From a virus: 64,000 nt of DNA. The notes under the pieces were generated by a model. It worked only from the letters and a program-made list of their open reading frames with translations, was not told where the DNA came from and made no database searches. The position numbers and the translations under genes are program-made. Every line of letters starts with the position of its first letter. The first letter of the stretch is position 1. Positions 36,801 to 45,523 of the stretch are shown piece by piece. The stretch covers positions 20,920 through 84,919 of IMG/VR virus record IMGVR_UViG_3300017971_000250; one strand, given 5' to 3'.

Positions 36801-36966
36801 AGCCGCCAAGAGCACCGGCTCCCATCGTGACCTGGCTCATGCCCTGCTTCATCCGGCCGACCGATGCGTGCAGTGACTGGAACTGCCGCTGCGTTTGTCG
36901 CATCGCCCCAACGGCCCGACTATTGTCGAAGCTGAGGACTGCGCCTATGCCGACATTTTCAAACAG
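33835..36966 (-). CDS. Tail tape measure protein (true start uncertain)
   Basis: TP901-type core (FNEGMSGVQAIT, LSRAGF, VADVLANAAASANT, MAGTNF, TLFG). The first ATG is 36903, but the frame stays open to 36975 and encodes NLFENVGIGAVLSFD. Confidence 0.9.
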   Translation of the reverse strand: MFENVGIGAVLSFDNSRAVGAMRQTQRQFQSLHASVGRMKQGMSQVTMGAGALGGSLLALTVPVAMGVRSATKFNEGMSGVQAITNATSEDMSRLRQNAVDLSLQTVYTGTQVANAMEILSRAGFNVNEVLGATPGVLAAAAAEGLEMAEAADIISIAVRGMNLDASDAGHVADVLANAAASANTNIRMLGESFVYGAAQASMMNISLEETTAAFAVMADRGVRASMAGTNFSQMLIHLASPSKQAKKLLMDMGLQAHQVSVTTYGLGTVVDRLRTGLEKLTPVQKESALQTLFGIRGMRAGNALLKTEAGRLQELTKQFEGADGAAKRMADTRLKNVSGALKMVGASVEAFWITLEEKFEEPFAIAIGRVIDGLNSIVFGMRAVQAGVADPLQNVRDQMESVGSIAVMMGAEKDSFLNPETAVAIARGIFEAVQGIADAVTGLFDTVKRGAEALGLTSMSEEGIRAAARFATTIALVGAVAGPVLLSVVGLKFAFGGLFGILTGGVNIVRGAIGVVTGLGGGLLGMGTSAAAAGAESAAAATGVGTLGAAAGAAAATTEAAAVGTSAVGTAASQAATPIYRTSTALSDEAIKAEMAAGGTLSAASAMRALRTAALTAPGPVQATATALGEAGTAATTATGPITGAAGALRGLGAAGTQAAGGTAAAAAGLQAIGAAAARTTPATAKTEGALIGAAVAAGRFGRAGSWIARGAGAAAGSLKALGIVGAIVGVLLLLLQKRGESTGEMFGRIGGAIASGFGKSIEFVRTTWHKLSLIFGPVIDAFMEAVAPIGDLFRTVMGDVLGMFGQAAGEVGGTWMSAMRPIADVLVIIFKLIGVAIKGLVVVGKILWAAFRPLVWLFIQAGKYVAMVLPAMIKLFAEAARKVGEFGVQLVNWLLTPMRTAAGILATILDSISGIAKKIGIDLSGAVQGLRELSESEISLAPTHPVTPYEKMMEELYGGKPKSLEEQLAETIREKRGEEEGEEIPPIDMTHVTNVEIDGQKVAVATEKYRVGIRDRAGAKTKPWQRRSLIVRAVDMTPVRV

Positions 36967-36980
36967 GTTGGGCTCTCAAT

Positions 36981-37508
36981 CTACGGCCCCACATGACTCC
37001 AATTTGTCCTGTCAAGAACAAAACGGATCGTGCTGCGCGTGACGCCGTATTCACGCGCTAGAGCACCGATATTCAATTCGGGAAACCGGAATCGCCGTTG
37101 TCGGATCTCACGCACCTGTGCTTCGGTAAGTTTTGCCCGCGAATGCGTTTCACCACGCGTCCCTGGACCACGCATGTGACCCTTCGTCGCTGCGTCCTGA
37201 ATGTTGTCTTTCTGCGTTCCTAGAAATAGGTGATCAGGATTCACACAAAGGGGGTTATCGCAATGGTGACAAACCTGCAGACCGCGTGGAATCGCTCCGC
37301 GATGAAGGATCCAGGAGGCACGATAAGCCGTTGTCCGCTTCCCGTTGTCTAGAACGGTTTGTCCCCTGGACTGATCGACTCCGCACCGCGCTCCGGTCCA
37401 GAGCCAGCAACCGGACCGATTCCGTTGGATGTACTGATAGAATCGCTCCCGTAGAGGAATCCGTGCGAACGTCCCATCATCGCAACGCACTGCGTTCAGA
37501 TTTGCCAT
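36981..37508 (-). CDS. HNH homing endonuclease with C-terminal HTH
   Basis: SGCWLWTG, AYRASW, VCHHCDNPLCVNPDHLFLGTQKDN, AKLTEAQVREIR. Confidence 0.93.
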   Translation of the reverse strand: MANLNAVRCDDGTFARIPLRERFYQYIQRNRSGCWLWTGARCGVDQSRGQTVLDNGKRTTAYRASWILHRGAIPRGLQVCHHCDNPLCVNPDHLFLGTQKDNIQDAATKGHMRGPGTRGETHSRAKLTEAQVREIRQRRFRFPELNIGALAREYGVTRSTIRFVLDRTNWSHVGP

Positions 37509-37535
37509 CGTCGCCCACCTTGTAGGTGTCGCCGT

Positions 37536-37783
37536 CTATCGTTTGCGGCCGCGCGTCTTCGGAACCAGTAACCGAGCTAGTTGTCGGACAGCTCCACCAA
37601 ACGCGCCGACCTCTTGCTGCCTTCTTTTAAGCTCCTTCCCCACGAACTCCGCGTGAGCCTCGCGCTCTCGACTCGTCATGTGGTGGACCTCCGTCCAGGT
37701 CAGTCCACCGTGATACACCAAGAAGAAAATCTCCTCGGCTATTTCTCTCCACTCTCGGAGGGGGAAGAGAGCCCGAAAAAAAC
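37536..37783 (-). CDS. Tail assembly chaperone, -1 frameshift extension (gpGT-like)
   Basis: The -1 frame ORF opens across the slippery site and encodes EEIFFLVYHGGLTWTEVHHMT..ER. Confidence 0.8.
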
Positions 37784-38674
37784 GTCGTAACTCCACTCGA
37801 TCGTCTGCATCAGCGACCGCGCGCACTTCTCGCAGTCCGCCTCGATGAATAGCTGCGGTCCCGCCATCGACTCCTGGACGGCAGCCATCAACTCATTCTT
37901 GGTCTTGACCCTCATCCGCGCCCGCTCCAGATCCTGCAGCGTCACGATGATCGGTTTGCCGTCTAGCTCCTTGATCGCGCCTTTGAGCATCACCATGTCC
38001 CGGATCGCGGGGTTGAAGGCATGAATCCCCTCCAGCGCCGGGGTATCCATCGCTGCCCACTCGATCGGTCCAATCGTGAGCGCCGTCCCCGTTTCCTTTC
38101 CGAAAGTGATCGGCTCGTCGAGGATATGCTCGAAGGTCTGATCGACGAGCGTGTCCTCCTCGCCGTCCCCGTAGTCGATCACCTTGACGTCGAGGTCGTT
38201 CAAGTCGGTGCTGAAGCGGAAGGTTGACCGGCAACCGGGGCAAGTGATCCCGATCGGGAACTCGGTGCCGAGCGATTCGACGCGGACCCAAAAGTAGGTG
38301 TAGAGAACGTCCATCATTTGCATCTTGGCCAGCGCGACGAGCCGCTCCGACTTCTTCATCTTCTCGAAGTCGTGCGGCCCTAGCTGCGTGCAGGTGACGG
38401 ACAGCACCTCGGAGACCAGGCGGCCAGCCGTGAGGCCCTTCGCCTTCGCCCGGAAGCCACCGATCTCCTTTTCCTCGGCAAGCGTGAATTCACGAACGCC
38501 GATCGTGCGCTCGAACTTCTGACCGGAAGGAATGCCGACAGGAAGGCGCGCCCCTAGATCGCCGAGGGTCGTCGTTCGATACCGCGCGATCTTGAGGGGC
38601 GCATCAGCCGTTGCCGTTTCGGATTCTGCCTTCTTCATGCCAGGCGACACGCGCCTGATCTTCTTCTCGTCCAT
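37739..38674 (-). CDS. Tail assembly chaperone (T4 gp26/gp51-like, CxxC motifs)
   Basis: RVESLG.....ITCPGC...DLNDL; position after the tail tube gene. Confidence 0.75.
   Translation of the reverse strand: MDEKKIRRVSPGMKKAESETATADAPLKIARYRTTTLGDLGARLPVGIPSGQKFERTIGVREFTLAEEKEIGGFRAKAKGLTAGRLVSEVLSVTCTQLGPHDFEKMKKSERLVALAKMQMMDVLYTYFWVRVESLGTEFPIGITCPGCRSTFRFSTDLNDLDVKVIDYGDGEEDTLVDQTFEHILDEPITFGKETGTALTIGPIEWAAMDTPALEGIHAFNPAIRDMVMLKGAIKELDGKPIIVTLQDLERARMRVKTKNELMAAVQESMAGPQLFIEADCEKCARSLMQTIEWSYDVFFGLSSPSESGEK
37775..37783 (-). other. Programmed -1 ribosomal frameshift site GTT TTT TTC
   Basis: T-TTT-TTC heptamer in frame, near the chaperone stop, between tube and tape measure genes. Confidence 0.8.
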
Positions 38675-38832
38675 CGATCCTCCAATCGCCCCGTGGGGCT
38701 TGTGAGGTTAGAGCCTGCACTGACTGGAGCGGGTCCCGTCACTGCGGCCGTGAATGATCGGTTTGCGCACTCGTAGCATCGACGCTCGCGCCTACCGCCT
38801 CATCCCTCTAAGACCCGACCAGCCAGGACCCG

Positions 38833-39273
38833 CTAGACCGGGATCACTTCGTCGACCGAGAGCGCCCAGGAGATATTCACGATGTCGCCATCGTTCGCCA
38901 TATCGAGGTCAGGCGAACTCCGGCTCGTCGGGAATACTCCGATCAGCGAGTAGGATCGGAACCCGGTGCCGTCCACGGTCTGCATGATGAGCGTCGCAGC
39001 CTTCTTGTAGGTCGGGCTGCCCGCCTTCGCCTCACCGAACCACAACTCCATCGCTGCGATTTCGGTATCGTGATGCGCGGGGAGCGCGATGGTGACTTCG
39101 GTCGGGTTGGTATCCCCGCCCGTCGCCCGCGTCCGATCCGGAAGATCGGTCGTTAGCAGCTCCTCGCTGATTCCACTGACCGTCACTGGCGTCAGTGGCG
39201 GAAGCCCAATCACATGAAGCTCGTAACGATTCGTTGCGATGTGATTGGGCTGGAGTGTTCCTTTCAGACCCAT
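38833..39273 (-). CDS. Tail tube protein
   Basis: 146 aa after the sheath; WF...YKKAATL...YSLIGVFP...DLD. Confidence 0.8.
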   Translation of the reverse strand: MGLKGTLQPNHIATNRYELHVIGLPPLTPVTVSGISEELLTTDLPDRTRATGGDTNPTEVTIALPAHHDTEIAAMELWFGEAKAGSPTYKKAATLIMQTVDGTGFRSYSLIGVFPTSRSSPDLDMANDGDIVNISWALSVDEVIPV

Positions 39274-39325
39274 CTTTCTACCTCCAGGCTTGCACCGCTA
39301 GCGCGTGCGGCCAGTGGCCTCGTTT

Positions 39326-39592
39326 CTAAGTCTCGTAGTCGACATACTGCGTGCCCGCGCTCGCCGCACTCGGCGTCAGCGAATTCTCGGGCGCGCCAGT
39401 ATCAGGCAGCGAGCACCTCGATGCTGCGTAGGAGCTACCCGGGCACTCGTGGGTGTGTGCGTTGTACTTCGTGCGCAGGTCTTTCAACTCCTGCACGATG
39501 GCGAAGAGCACGTCCTTGACATTCGAGTCGGTGAACCGATCCGTGCCGATCCCGCCCTCGCCGATTGACTTCCTGACTGTTACGACCGCCAT
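39326..39592 (-). CDS. Small virion protein with YNAHTH motif
   Basis: Purine-rich RBS; coiled coil followed by HxH. Confidence 0.6.
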   Translation of the reverse strand: MAVVTVRKSIGEGGIGTDRFTDSNVKDVLFAIVQELKDLRTKYNAHTHECPGSSYAASRCSLPDTGAPENSLTPSAASAGTQYVDYET

Positions 39593-39705
39593 CGTCCTTT
39601 TCCCTCCTCCTATGAGTGGGTTGTTGCGGGAGCGGAAATCGAATCCGCTTCTTCGTGGTTATGAGCCACGCGAGATGCCTTACCTCCCCCCCCCGCGTCA
39701 ATCCC

Positions 39706-41997
39706 CTATGCCGTCTGCTCGAACACTCCGTCCTTGCTGATCGTGATCACGAACCGCTCGATGGTGTCCGCAAGCTGGAGCGCGATCTCCGCGTAAAGCT
39801 CTCCAGCCGCCCGCGTCGCAGCGGTGTTGATATCATCGTCCACCTTCAGCGAGCAGGCTTCGTCGAACGTCGCGCCGCGCAGCGCCCGCTTCCGCCACTC
39901 CGGCAGGAAGTAGTCCCTCAGCGTCGAAAGGATCTTCTGCTGCATGACCGCATCATTGATTTCGAAGATCGTCCAGTCGAAGGTCTCGCGCAGCGTGTTC
40001 TCGTAGTGGCTCATCATGGCGCGGTGATGCAGGAAGCGCCAGGCCGAGTCGATTGCGATTGTGCGAGCGCCCCAAAGGATGCAATTGCCCTTCTGGATCT
40101 TGACGACGTTGATGCCCTGCGGAGTCAGCACCTCCTCACTGAGCCGCGTCGCGTCCAGACTGACGACCCGCGACAGAACCACGCTGGTCCCGGCCGGGGC
40201 CTTGTGATATCCGTCGTAGTCCTTCGCAATCTTGGCAACGCGTCCGAGGATCGCTCCGGTGAGCGGGACCGACTTCAGCATTCCAGACTTGTCGGGGTCG
40301 TCGACGTTCCCGTAGCTCGGGAAGTAGGTCCGAGCGAAGTCGTTACGCCCAATGGTGCTGTTGATGAATTCGATCGCGTCGTTCTCCGTGAGCTTCGACG
40401 GATCGATTTCCACCTGGAACACCCAGTTTTTCCCCTCGGCGAAGTTAATCCCGGCCTTCTGAACCGTCGCGGAGTAGGCTCCGGGGGTCGCAACGTGAAC
40501 GAGCCCTTTGTTCTCTCCGACCAGCTCGTTCAGATAGCTCAGGTCGGTATCGAAGTGCGTGGCGGTGTAGTCGGCGTCGGCAACGCCCGCGATCCCGTCG
40601 TACCCGTTGAAGAGACCCTGCGGATACTGGACCATAAACGAGTCATTGATCGCGCCGCTGGTCGTCAGGTCGCCAACCGAGACGGTGAGCGTGTTGACCG
40701 TGTTGTCGATGATGCGATAGCGCTCGTTCGGTGCGTTGATCTTGTCGGGATAGATGTACCCGCCGATCAGCGCGTCCGGCTCCCAGGGGAAGTAGTTGAT
40801 CACGATCTCGTCGTCCTCGGTCGCGCCGGTCGGCGTGATCGTGAACGGAGGAACGTCCGGGCAGCCCGCGTACTGTGCCGCGAGCGTTTCGGCCGCACCG
40901 ATCTTGACCTCGTAGCCGTCGGCGAAGGTCGCATAGACGTCCATCGTCGTCACCGTCGCCAGAACGACGCACCGGATCTTGACCGGGTACTTCATCGTCT
41001 GCGTCAGCGTACCGAGCGCGACGGTGTAGGTGCCCGTCCCGGTGTAGGAGTACTGGTAGGCTTTCGAAGTCAGCACCGTCGCGGTGACCGCGCTGATCAG
41101 CCCGTAGTCGTTCGCCGGGCGGCGCTTCGGATCGGTGTTGCCGCCGTTGTTATCGGTGACCACGATTTCGTGGTTGTTCGAGTCGTCGTTGATCAGATTG
41201 AGGAAGTAGTACTCGGACGCGGGGTCCATCGAGAGGTTCGGATAGTAGAGCGTCGGGTCCCCGTCGACGTAGACGCGCAGGCTCCACAGCGTAGTGGAAT
41301 CCGCCTCGCCGTCGCCGATTTCCAGGGTGATCTGCTTCGTCGCCGTCCGCTCAAGCTCCAGGGTGTACCCTTCGTCCGCATCGCTGTTCCAGTCGGTCTC
41401 CATCGTCGAGTCGGCGGTGACCGTGATCACGCCCGCCGTGGTGTTGGAGACGATCGTGTAGGTCTTCGTGGTGACGGCATCCAACTTCACCTTGCCGCCC
41501 GCCCACTCATTGAGCTTCATCGTGATGCCGGTCGTCAGCGTGGTCTCGGTGATGTTCCCGGCCCCACCGAACTCCCCGGCCATAACTCGGGTGCGGCCTC
41601 CCCAACGGCCGCCGTTCTTCGCCTCGACCTTGATCACCGCCAGCTTATTCGTGGCGGGGCTGTTGAGGCTCTCGCGCGACCATAGGTTGATGAACGCCTT
41701 GACCTCCGTGCCGTCCGTCACGCGGCAGAGATGAAGCTCACCCGCGCCGCCGCTGTGATTGAAGAAGTCCTGGCAGGCATCGGGCAGCGTGCTGTAGTCT
41801 ACCCGGCCCCCGCAGAGCCGCTTGAAATCACGAGCGCTGTAACACGAGATCAGCTTCGTGGTGTCTCCCTTCTCCAGCATCCCGACAAAGGCCGTGACGC
41901 CGAGGGGAGCCCTCTGGAGTGACTTTCCGGCATCCGCCTCAATGACCGCCACGCCAGGCCCGCGCGTCGGACCGTATCTCCTCTGTGCCATCGGCAA
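39706..41997 (-). CDS. Contractile tail sheath protein
   Basis: PGVAVIE, TAFVG, GYHKAPAG, LTPQGINV, ILWGARTI, WTIFEIND. Confidence 0.95.
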   Translation of the reverse strand: MPMAQRRYGPTRGPGVAVIEADAGKSLQRAPLGVTAFVGMLEKGDTTKLISCYSARDFKRLCGGRVDYSTLPDACQDFFNHSGGAGELHLCRVTDGTEVKAFINLWSRESLNSPATNKLAVIKVEAKNGGRWGGRTRVMAGEFGGAGNITETTLTTGITMKLNEWAGGKVKLDAVTTKTYTIVSNTTAGVITVTADSTMETDWNSDADEGYTLELERTATKQITLEIGDGEADSTTLWSLRVYVDGDPTLYYPNLSMDPASEYYFLNLINDDSNNHEIVVTDNNGGNTDPKRRPANDYGLISAVTATVLTSKAYQYSYTGTGTYTVALGTLTQTMKYPVKIRCVVLATVTTMDVYATFADGYEVKIGAAETLAAQYAGCPDVPPFTITPTGATEDDEIVINYFPWEPDALIGGYIYPDKINAPNERYRIIDNTVNTLTVSVGDLTTSGAINDSFMVQYPQGLFNGYDGIAGVADADYTATHFDTDLSYLNELVGENKGLVHVATPGAYSATVQKAGINFAEGKNWVFQVEIDPSKLTENDAIEFINSTIGRNDFARTYFPSYGNVDDPDKSGMLKSVPLTGAILGRVAKIAKDYDGYHKAPAGTSVVLSRVVSLDATRLSEEVLTPQGINVVKIQKGNCILWGARTIAIDSAWRFLHHRAMMSHYENTLRETFDWTIFEINDAVMQQKILSTLRDYFLPEWRKRALRGATFDEACSLKVDDDINTAATRAAGELYAEIALQLADTIERFVITISKDGVFEQTA

Positions 41998-42004
41998 TCC
42001 CTCC

Positions 42005-43285
42005 TTAGCTAATCGTCACGGCGGCATCGCCCGTCAGCTTCACCGACTGGATCGGGTAGACGCCGTCCTGATCAGTCAACACTCCGCGAGTGTGGAAGTA
42101 CAAATCTGCGATCTCAAACCGTGCTTGGCTGGAATGGAGCCCCTCGGCTGTCGGAACCGTCGTCGAGCGAAACTCGTCAACGAGCCGGAGCCCGAAAGGT
42201 TCGTCTGTTCCGTTCGTCCGCATGATCCGATTGGCCTCGAAGAACTTAGTTGTCTCCTCCACCAGGCGCTGCAGGTCAACACCTCTCGCCGCCGTCGCTA
42301 TGATATCACAGAGAAAGGTCATGCGATAGGGCGGGGGAAAGACCAGGATCGTTGGATCGACCGCGTCTTTGTCCGTAACCGAATCACGCAGCGCCGTCGG
42401 GTGCGTCCCCGTCGGCGTCAGGCCCGTCAGCACCAGGGCCGGGACCTTTTCTAGCTCGATGAAGTCCGGGCTCGTCGCTTCGAAGACAAGCTCGGGCTCG
42501 ATGGTCGCCTCGATGAAGGCGACCTTGGACGATGCCAGCGACCCGGAGAGCGTGATAATCTGCGTCGTCGAATTGTAGCTGCTGAGTAGATCGCTCAGGT
42601 GACCGGAGTCGTCGGTGTGGTTGTAGACCGCATCCACGCCGACGATCTGGTAGGTCATTTTTGTCGCCGTCAGCACCGCGCCGAGGTCGATAGAAGACGA
42701 ACCAGCCCCATTCGTAACAAACCTGGCGACCGGCCGCACCGCCGCAGACATCGCAGGTAGCAGCGTCCGGTAGACCAGGTCCTCCTGCTCGCTCCGAAGG
42801 TTTGCCTCGTAGGCGAGGCGGAGCCCTCTCAGGATCGGCGTGTAGCTCTTGTTCGTCGTTTTGAGATTGACCACGATCCGGAGGGTCCGCGTCGCGGTCG
42901 CAATGTAACTGCTTATATTCGTTGCGATTTCCGCTTCGGCGTTCCAGGTGCTCGTCCCCTGCTCCCAGGCCGCACCGTTCCAGAACCACTGGTTCGTGCC
43001 GTCGTGGAGCCGGTATTTGGTCGAGGTGACGACGGTCTCGCCGCGCGTCATTCCCTGCTCGACCTCCGCCTGGAACGCGACCCAGGAGCGCACCGCCTGC
43101 GGGCTCATCGCCGCCGAGACGATGTAGATATCGTCGTCGGTCGGGTAGCTCCCGGGGGTGCCTCGCAGGGTGACCTGGTGGAGCTTCGGATCGAGACGGA
43201 TCTTCGTCCGGTCGGAGAAGGCGACCGAGGCGCGGTCCTGCTCCGTGAAGGTGAGCCGCTTCATCAGGGTCAGCAGTGTCGCCAT
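42005..43285 (-). CDS. Tail terminator/neck protein with N-terminal extension
   Basis: Immediately upstream of the sheath gene. Confidence 0.55.
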   Translation of the reverse strand: MATLLTLMKRLTFTEQDRASVAFSDRTKIRLDPKLHQVTLRGTPGSYPTDDDIYIVSAAMSPQAVRSWVAFQAEVEQGMTRGETVVTSTKYRLHDGTNQWFWNGAAWEQGTSTWNAEAEIATNISSYIATATRTLRIVVNLKTTNKSYTPILRGLRLAYEANLRSEQEDLVYRTLLPAMSAAVRPVARFVTNGAGSSSIDLGAVLTATKMTYQIVGVDAVYNHTDDSGHLSDLLSSYNSTTQIITLSGSLASSKVAFIEATIEPELVFEATSPDFIELEKVPALVLTGLTPTGTHPTALRDSVTDKDAVDPTILVFPPPYRMTFLCDIIATAARGVDLQRLVEETTKFFEANRIMRTNGTDEPFGLRLVDEFRSTTVPTAEGLHSSQARFEIADLYFHTRGVLTDQDGVYPIQSVKLTGDAAVTIS

Positions 43286-43287
43286 CG

Positions 43288-43923
43288 CTACTTACCATGC
43301 AGCGCCTTACCCATCGCCGCCTGCCAATTCTTCCTCGCCTTCTCCCGGAGAGCGTCGTCCTCGATCACCTCTCGCAGGAAAGGCCGCGCCGGAACCGTGA
43401 TCGCCGTGGTCGTGGGCTTCAGCGGATAGATCGTCGTCCCCTTCTTGAGCCGCTCCGCTATCTCGCGAGCGCGGCCGGTCAGGCTATCGATCGATGCGGT
43501 CCCCTGCGTGTAGCGCGCCAGCGCATAGAAGAGCCCACGCGTCCCTGGAGTGACCTTGACTGTGAACCCCTCGTGCAGCGCGATCGCCAGGTTCAGCATT
43601 TCACCGCCCGCCTTCGTCTTCTGCTGTCGCATGATTCCTGCGAGCGCCGTGCGGGGGTTGACCATCTGATAGGTGACCGCTCGCCAGAGGTCTCCCTGGT
43701 CGATGAGCGGGGTGCTGGAGCGCTTGATCGCCGTCGTCAGGTCCGCGTTCGGTGCATACTGTTTGCTCCGGATCCGTTGTCGGACCTCCCGGACCACCAG
43801 CATCGCATTGACCTTCGTCGCCTGCGCCAGATTGACGTCGAGAGCCTTTGCTACCCGGTCCGCATCCCATAGCCAGCGGAGATGCTTCCACTTCCCGGTT
43901 AGCTGGACGTCGGTCTTGAACAC
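43288..43923 (-). CDS. Tail completion/virion morphogenesis protein
   Basis: PNADLT..IK.SSTPLIDQGDL, VPARPFL. Confidence 0.75.
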   Translation of the reverse strand: MFKTDVQLTGKWKHLRWLWDADRVAKALDVNLAQATKVNAMLVVREVRQRIRSKQYAPNADLTTAIKRSSTPLIDQGDLWRAVTYQMVNPRTALAGIMRQQKTKAGGEMLNLAIALHEGFTVKVTPGTRGLFYALARYTQGTASIDSLTGRAREIAERLKKGTTIYPLKPTTTAITVPARPFLREVIEDDALREKARKNWQAAMGKALHGK

Positions 43924-44340
43924 CTATGCTACCCTCGCCGGGGCGCGGTCCGTGAAGTAGAACCGCACGAGCGTCGCGCCCTGCTGATCGGGATAATGCC
44001 CGCAGTCCTCTTTGCCGTCGATGTGGAGGTCGTAGCCGCTACGCTTTCCGATTGTCGTGATCACATCGCCCCTCTGAATCGTGACGCCGAGCCTGTCCAT
44101 GTCGAGATATCGAACCAGGATGTAGCCTGACGACTCCTCCCGAATTCCTGCCTGCATTGCCCGGGGGTCGTCTTCGCGCCCCCACTGGACCTGCGCAGGG
44201 ATCGTGAATGGCTGCCCCGCCGCGCCCGCCGAGACGTTGCCGGGGATATCCTCCCGCGCGTCGTCGTCGTAGACCTGCGCCGCCTCGACGAACGGCTGGA
44301 TCGTGACCCTGATCGGATGGAGCAGCTTCGGTTGCGCCAC
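43924..44340 (-). CDS. Head closure protein
   Basis: Size and position after the adaptor. Confidence 0.6.
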   Translation of the reverse strand: MAQPKLLHPIRVTIQPFVEAAQVYDDDAREDIPGNVSAGAAGQPFTIPAQVQWGREDDPRAMQAGIREESSGYILVRYLDMDRLGVTIQRGDVITTIGKRSGYDLHIDGKEDCGHYPDQQGATLVRFYFTDRAPARVA

Positions 44341-44348
44341 TGCCCCTC

Positions 44349-45089
44349 CTAGCTCGCGTGCAACCAGAGCACGTCGCTGGACGCCTCGATCGCCAGCGGC
44401 CGCCGATAGGTTGCGATTATCTCCTCGACCTCGGCGCTACCCGTCAGCGCCAGCGTCCCCGTCCGCTGTGCCCGGTAGGACGGCGCGGCATAGGTGATGC
44501 TGTGGCGGTCGGTCGTTTCTTTCTGCTTCGGCCCGGAGACACCACTCGACGCCTCATTCTCCGGGGTCGTGCTGCCCTCCCCCACGAAGAGCGGATTCGT
44601 GAGGTCGCGGATCGTAAGTATCATCGCCGCCCGCTGAATCGGCAGCGGCGTCGTATCGTCGGCTTCGAGGTAGCCGAACGCGCCGACGATGCGCTGGTTC
44701 TGCCGCCCCGCTGAGAACACCGGAGTCTGCGGGTCTTCAAACGGCGCGAAGATATCCGTGCTCTTGACGAGCTTGATCATGGGATTGGAGCGGTGATCGC
44801 TCGGCTCCTGGCGGCCGTTGTAAACCGCATACGATTCGGAGTCGAGCGCGTTCGTGAAGTCGCCGTTCACATAGAGGGAGGTCACGGAGATCACCGGCAC
44901 CGGAAGGAAGAGCGTGTCGGTGCCGTTGCCATCTAGGGTAGCCGTGACGGCACGGCTCTCGAACCACTGTCCGGTTAGACGGTCGAGAAGCGCGCAGGAG
45001 CGCGCGATTGCCGCATTGACTTTCCCGTCGGGGAAGTCGGCGGCTTTCAGTCCCTCACTGCGGACTTGAGCAAGAGTGATGTACGCCAT
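44349..45089 (-). CDS. Head-tail adaptor
   Basis: MAYITLAQVR, LDRLTGQWF, DGNG..TLFL, FGY...TPLPIQRA. Confidence 0.78.
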   Translation of the reverse strand: MAYITLAQVRSEGLKAADFPDGKVNAAIARSCALLDRLTGQWFESRAVTATLDGNGTDTLFLPVPVISVTSLYVNGDFTNALDSESYAVYNGRQEPSDHRSNPMIKLVKSTDIFAPFEDPQTPVFSAGRQNQRIVGAFGYLEADDTTPLPIQRAAMILTIRDLTNPLFVGEGSTTPENEASSGVSGPKQKETTDRHSITYAAPSYRAQRTGTLALTGSAEVEEIIATYRRPLAIEASSDVLWLHAS

Positions 45090-45516
45090 CCCGACGCCCC
45101 TTCCTACGAGGCCGCCCGCCGTCGTAGCGGTCGGTCGTATCCTGTGGCCAGGGCCGGTCGGGAGGCAGGTGGCGTGGCTTGCCGAGATTCGTAACGTCGA
45201 CCCGGACGTGCTTCGGTCGAATCCCCCGAGCGTTGTAGACGCTCAACATGATTCGGACGCCGTCCGCGTGGCATCCCGCGCACTCTCCTATGACCGCCCC
45301 GCCCCGATTCCTGATCGCTTCGCCCATGAAGCTCACCCGCGAAAACCGCGAAGGGATCGGGACGACGTGGAGCGCGCCTCCGCTATGAACCCCGATGCCT
45401 GTGATCTGTCGCTGAAACGCGACGTCCCGCTGCTTCGAGATCCAACGACTACGATCCTCCGGGTTCTCTAGGTCGTAGCTCAGCGTCCGTCCGTTCTGAA
45501 GATTGACCTTCAGCAC
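45055..45516 (-). CDS. Hypothetical protein
   Basis: Operon packing. Confidence 0.6.
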   Translation of the reverse strand: MLKVNLQNGRTLSYDLENPEDRSRWISKQRDVAFQRQITGIGVHSGGALHVVPIPSRFSRVSFMGEAIRNRGGAVIGECAGCHADGVRIMLSVYNARGIRPKHVRVDVTNLGKPRHLPPDRPWPQDTTDRYDGGRPRRKGRRDGVHHSCSSPQ

Positions 45517-45523
45517 GGAGCAT

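Noticed and set aside
36964-37496. Group I intron around the HNH gene upstream of TMP
   Set aside because: The ORF fills almost the entire insert, leaving no room for a recognisable catalytic core. Kept only as an unexplained-expression finding.
38675-38832. Possible ncRNA or tRNA in the tube-chaperone gap
   Set aside because: Only short GC hairpins; no cloverleaf or recognisable family.
39616-41685. 689-aa plus-strand ORF
   Set aside because: Antisense shadow of the sheath gene caused by high-GC codon bias; no motifs.
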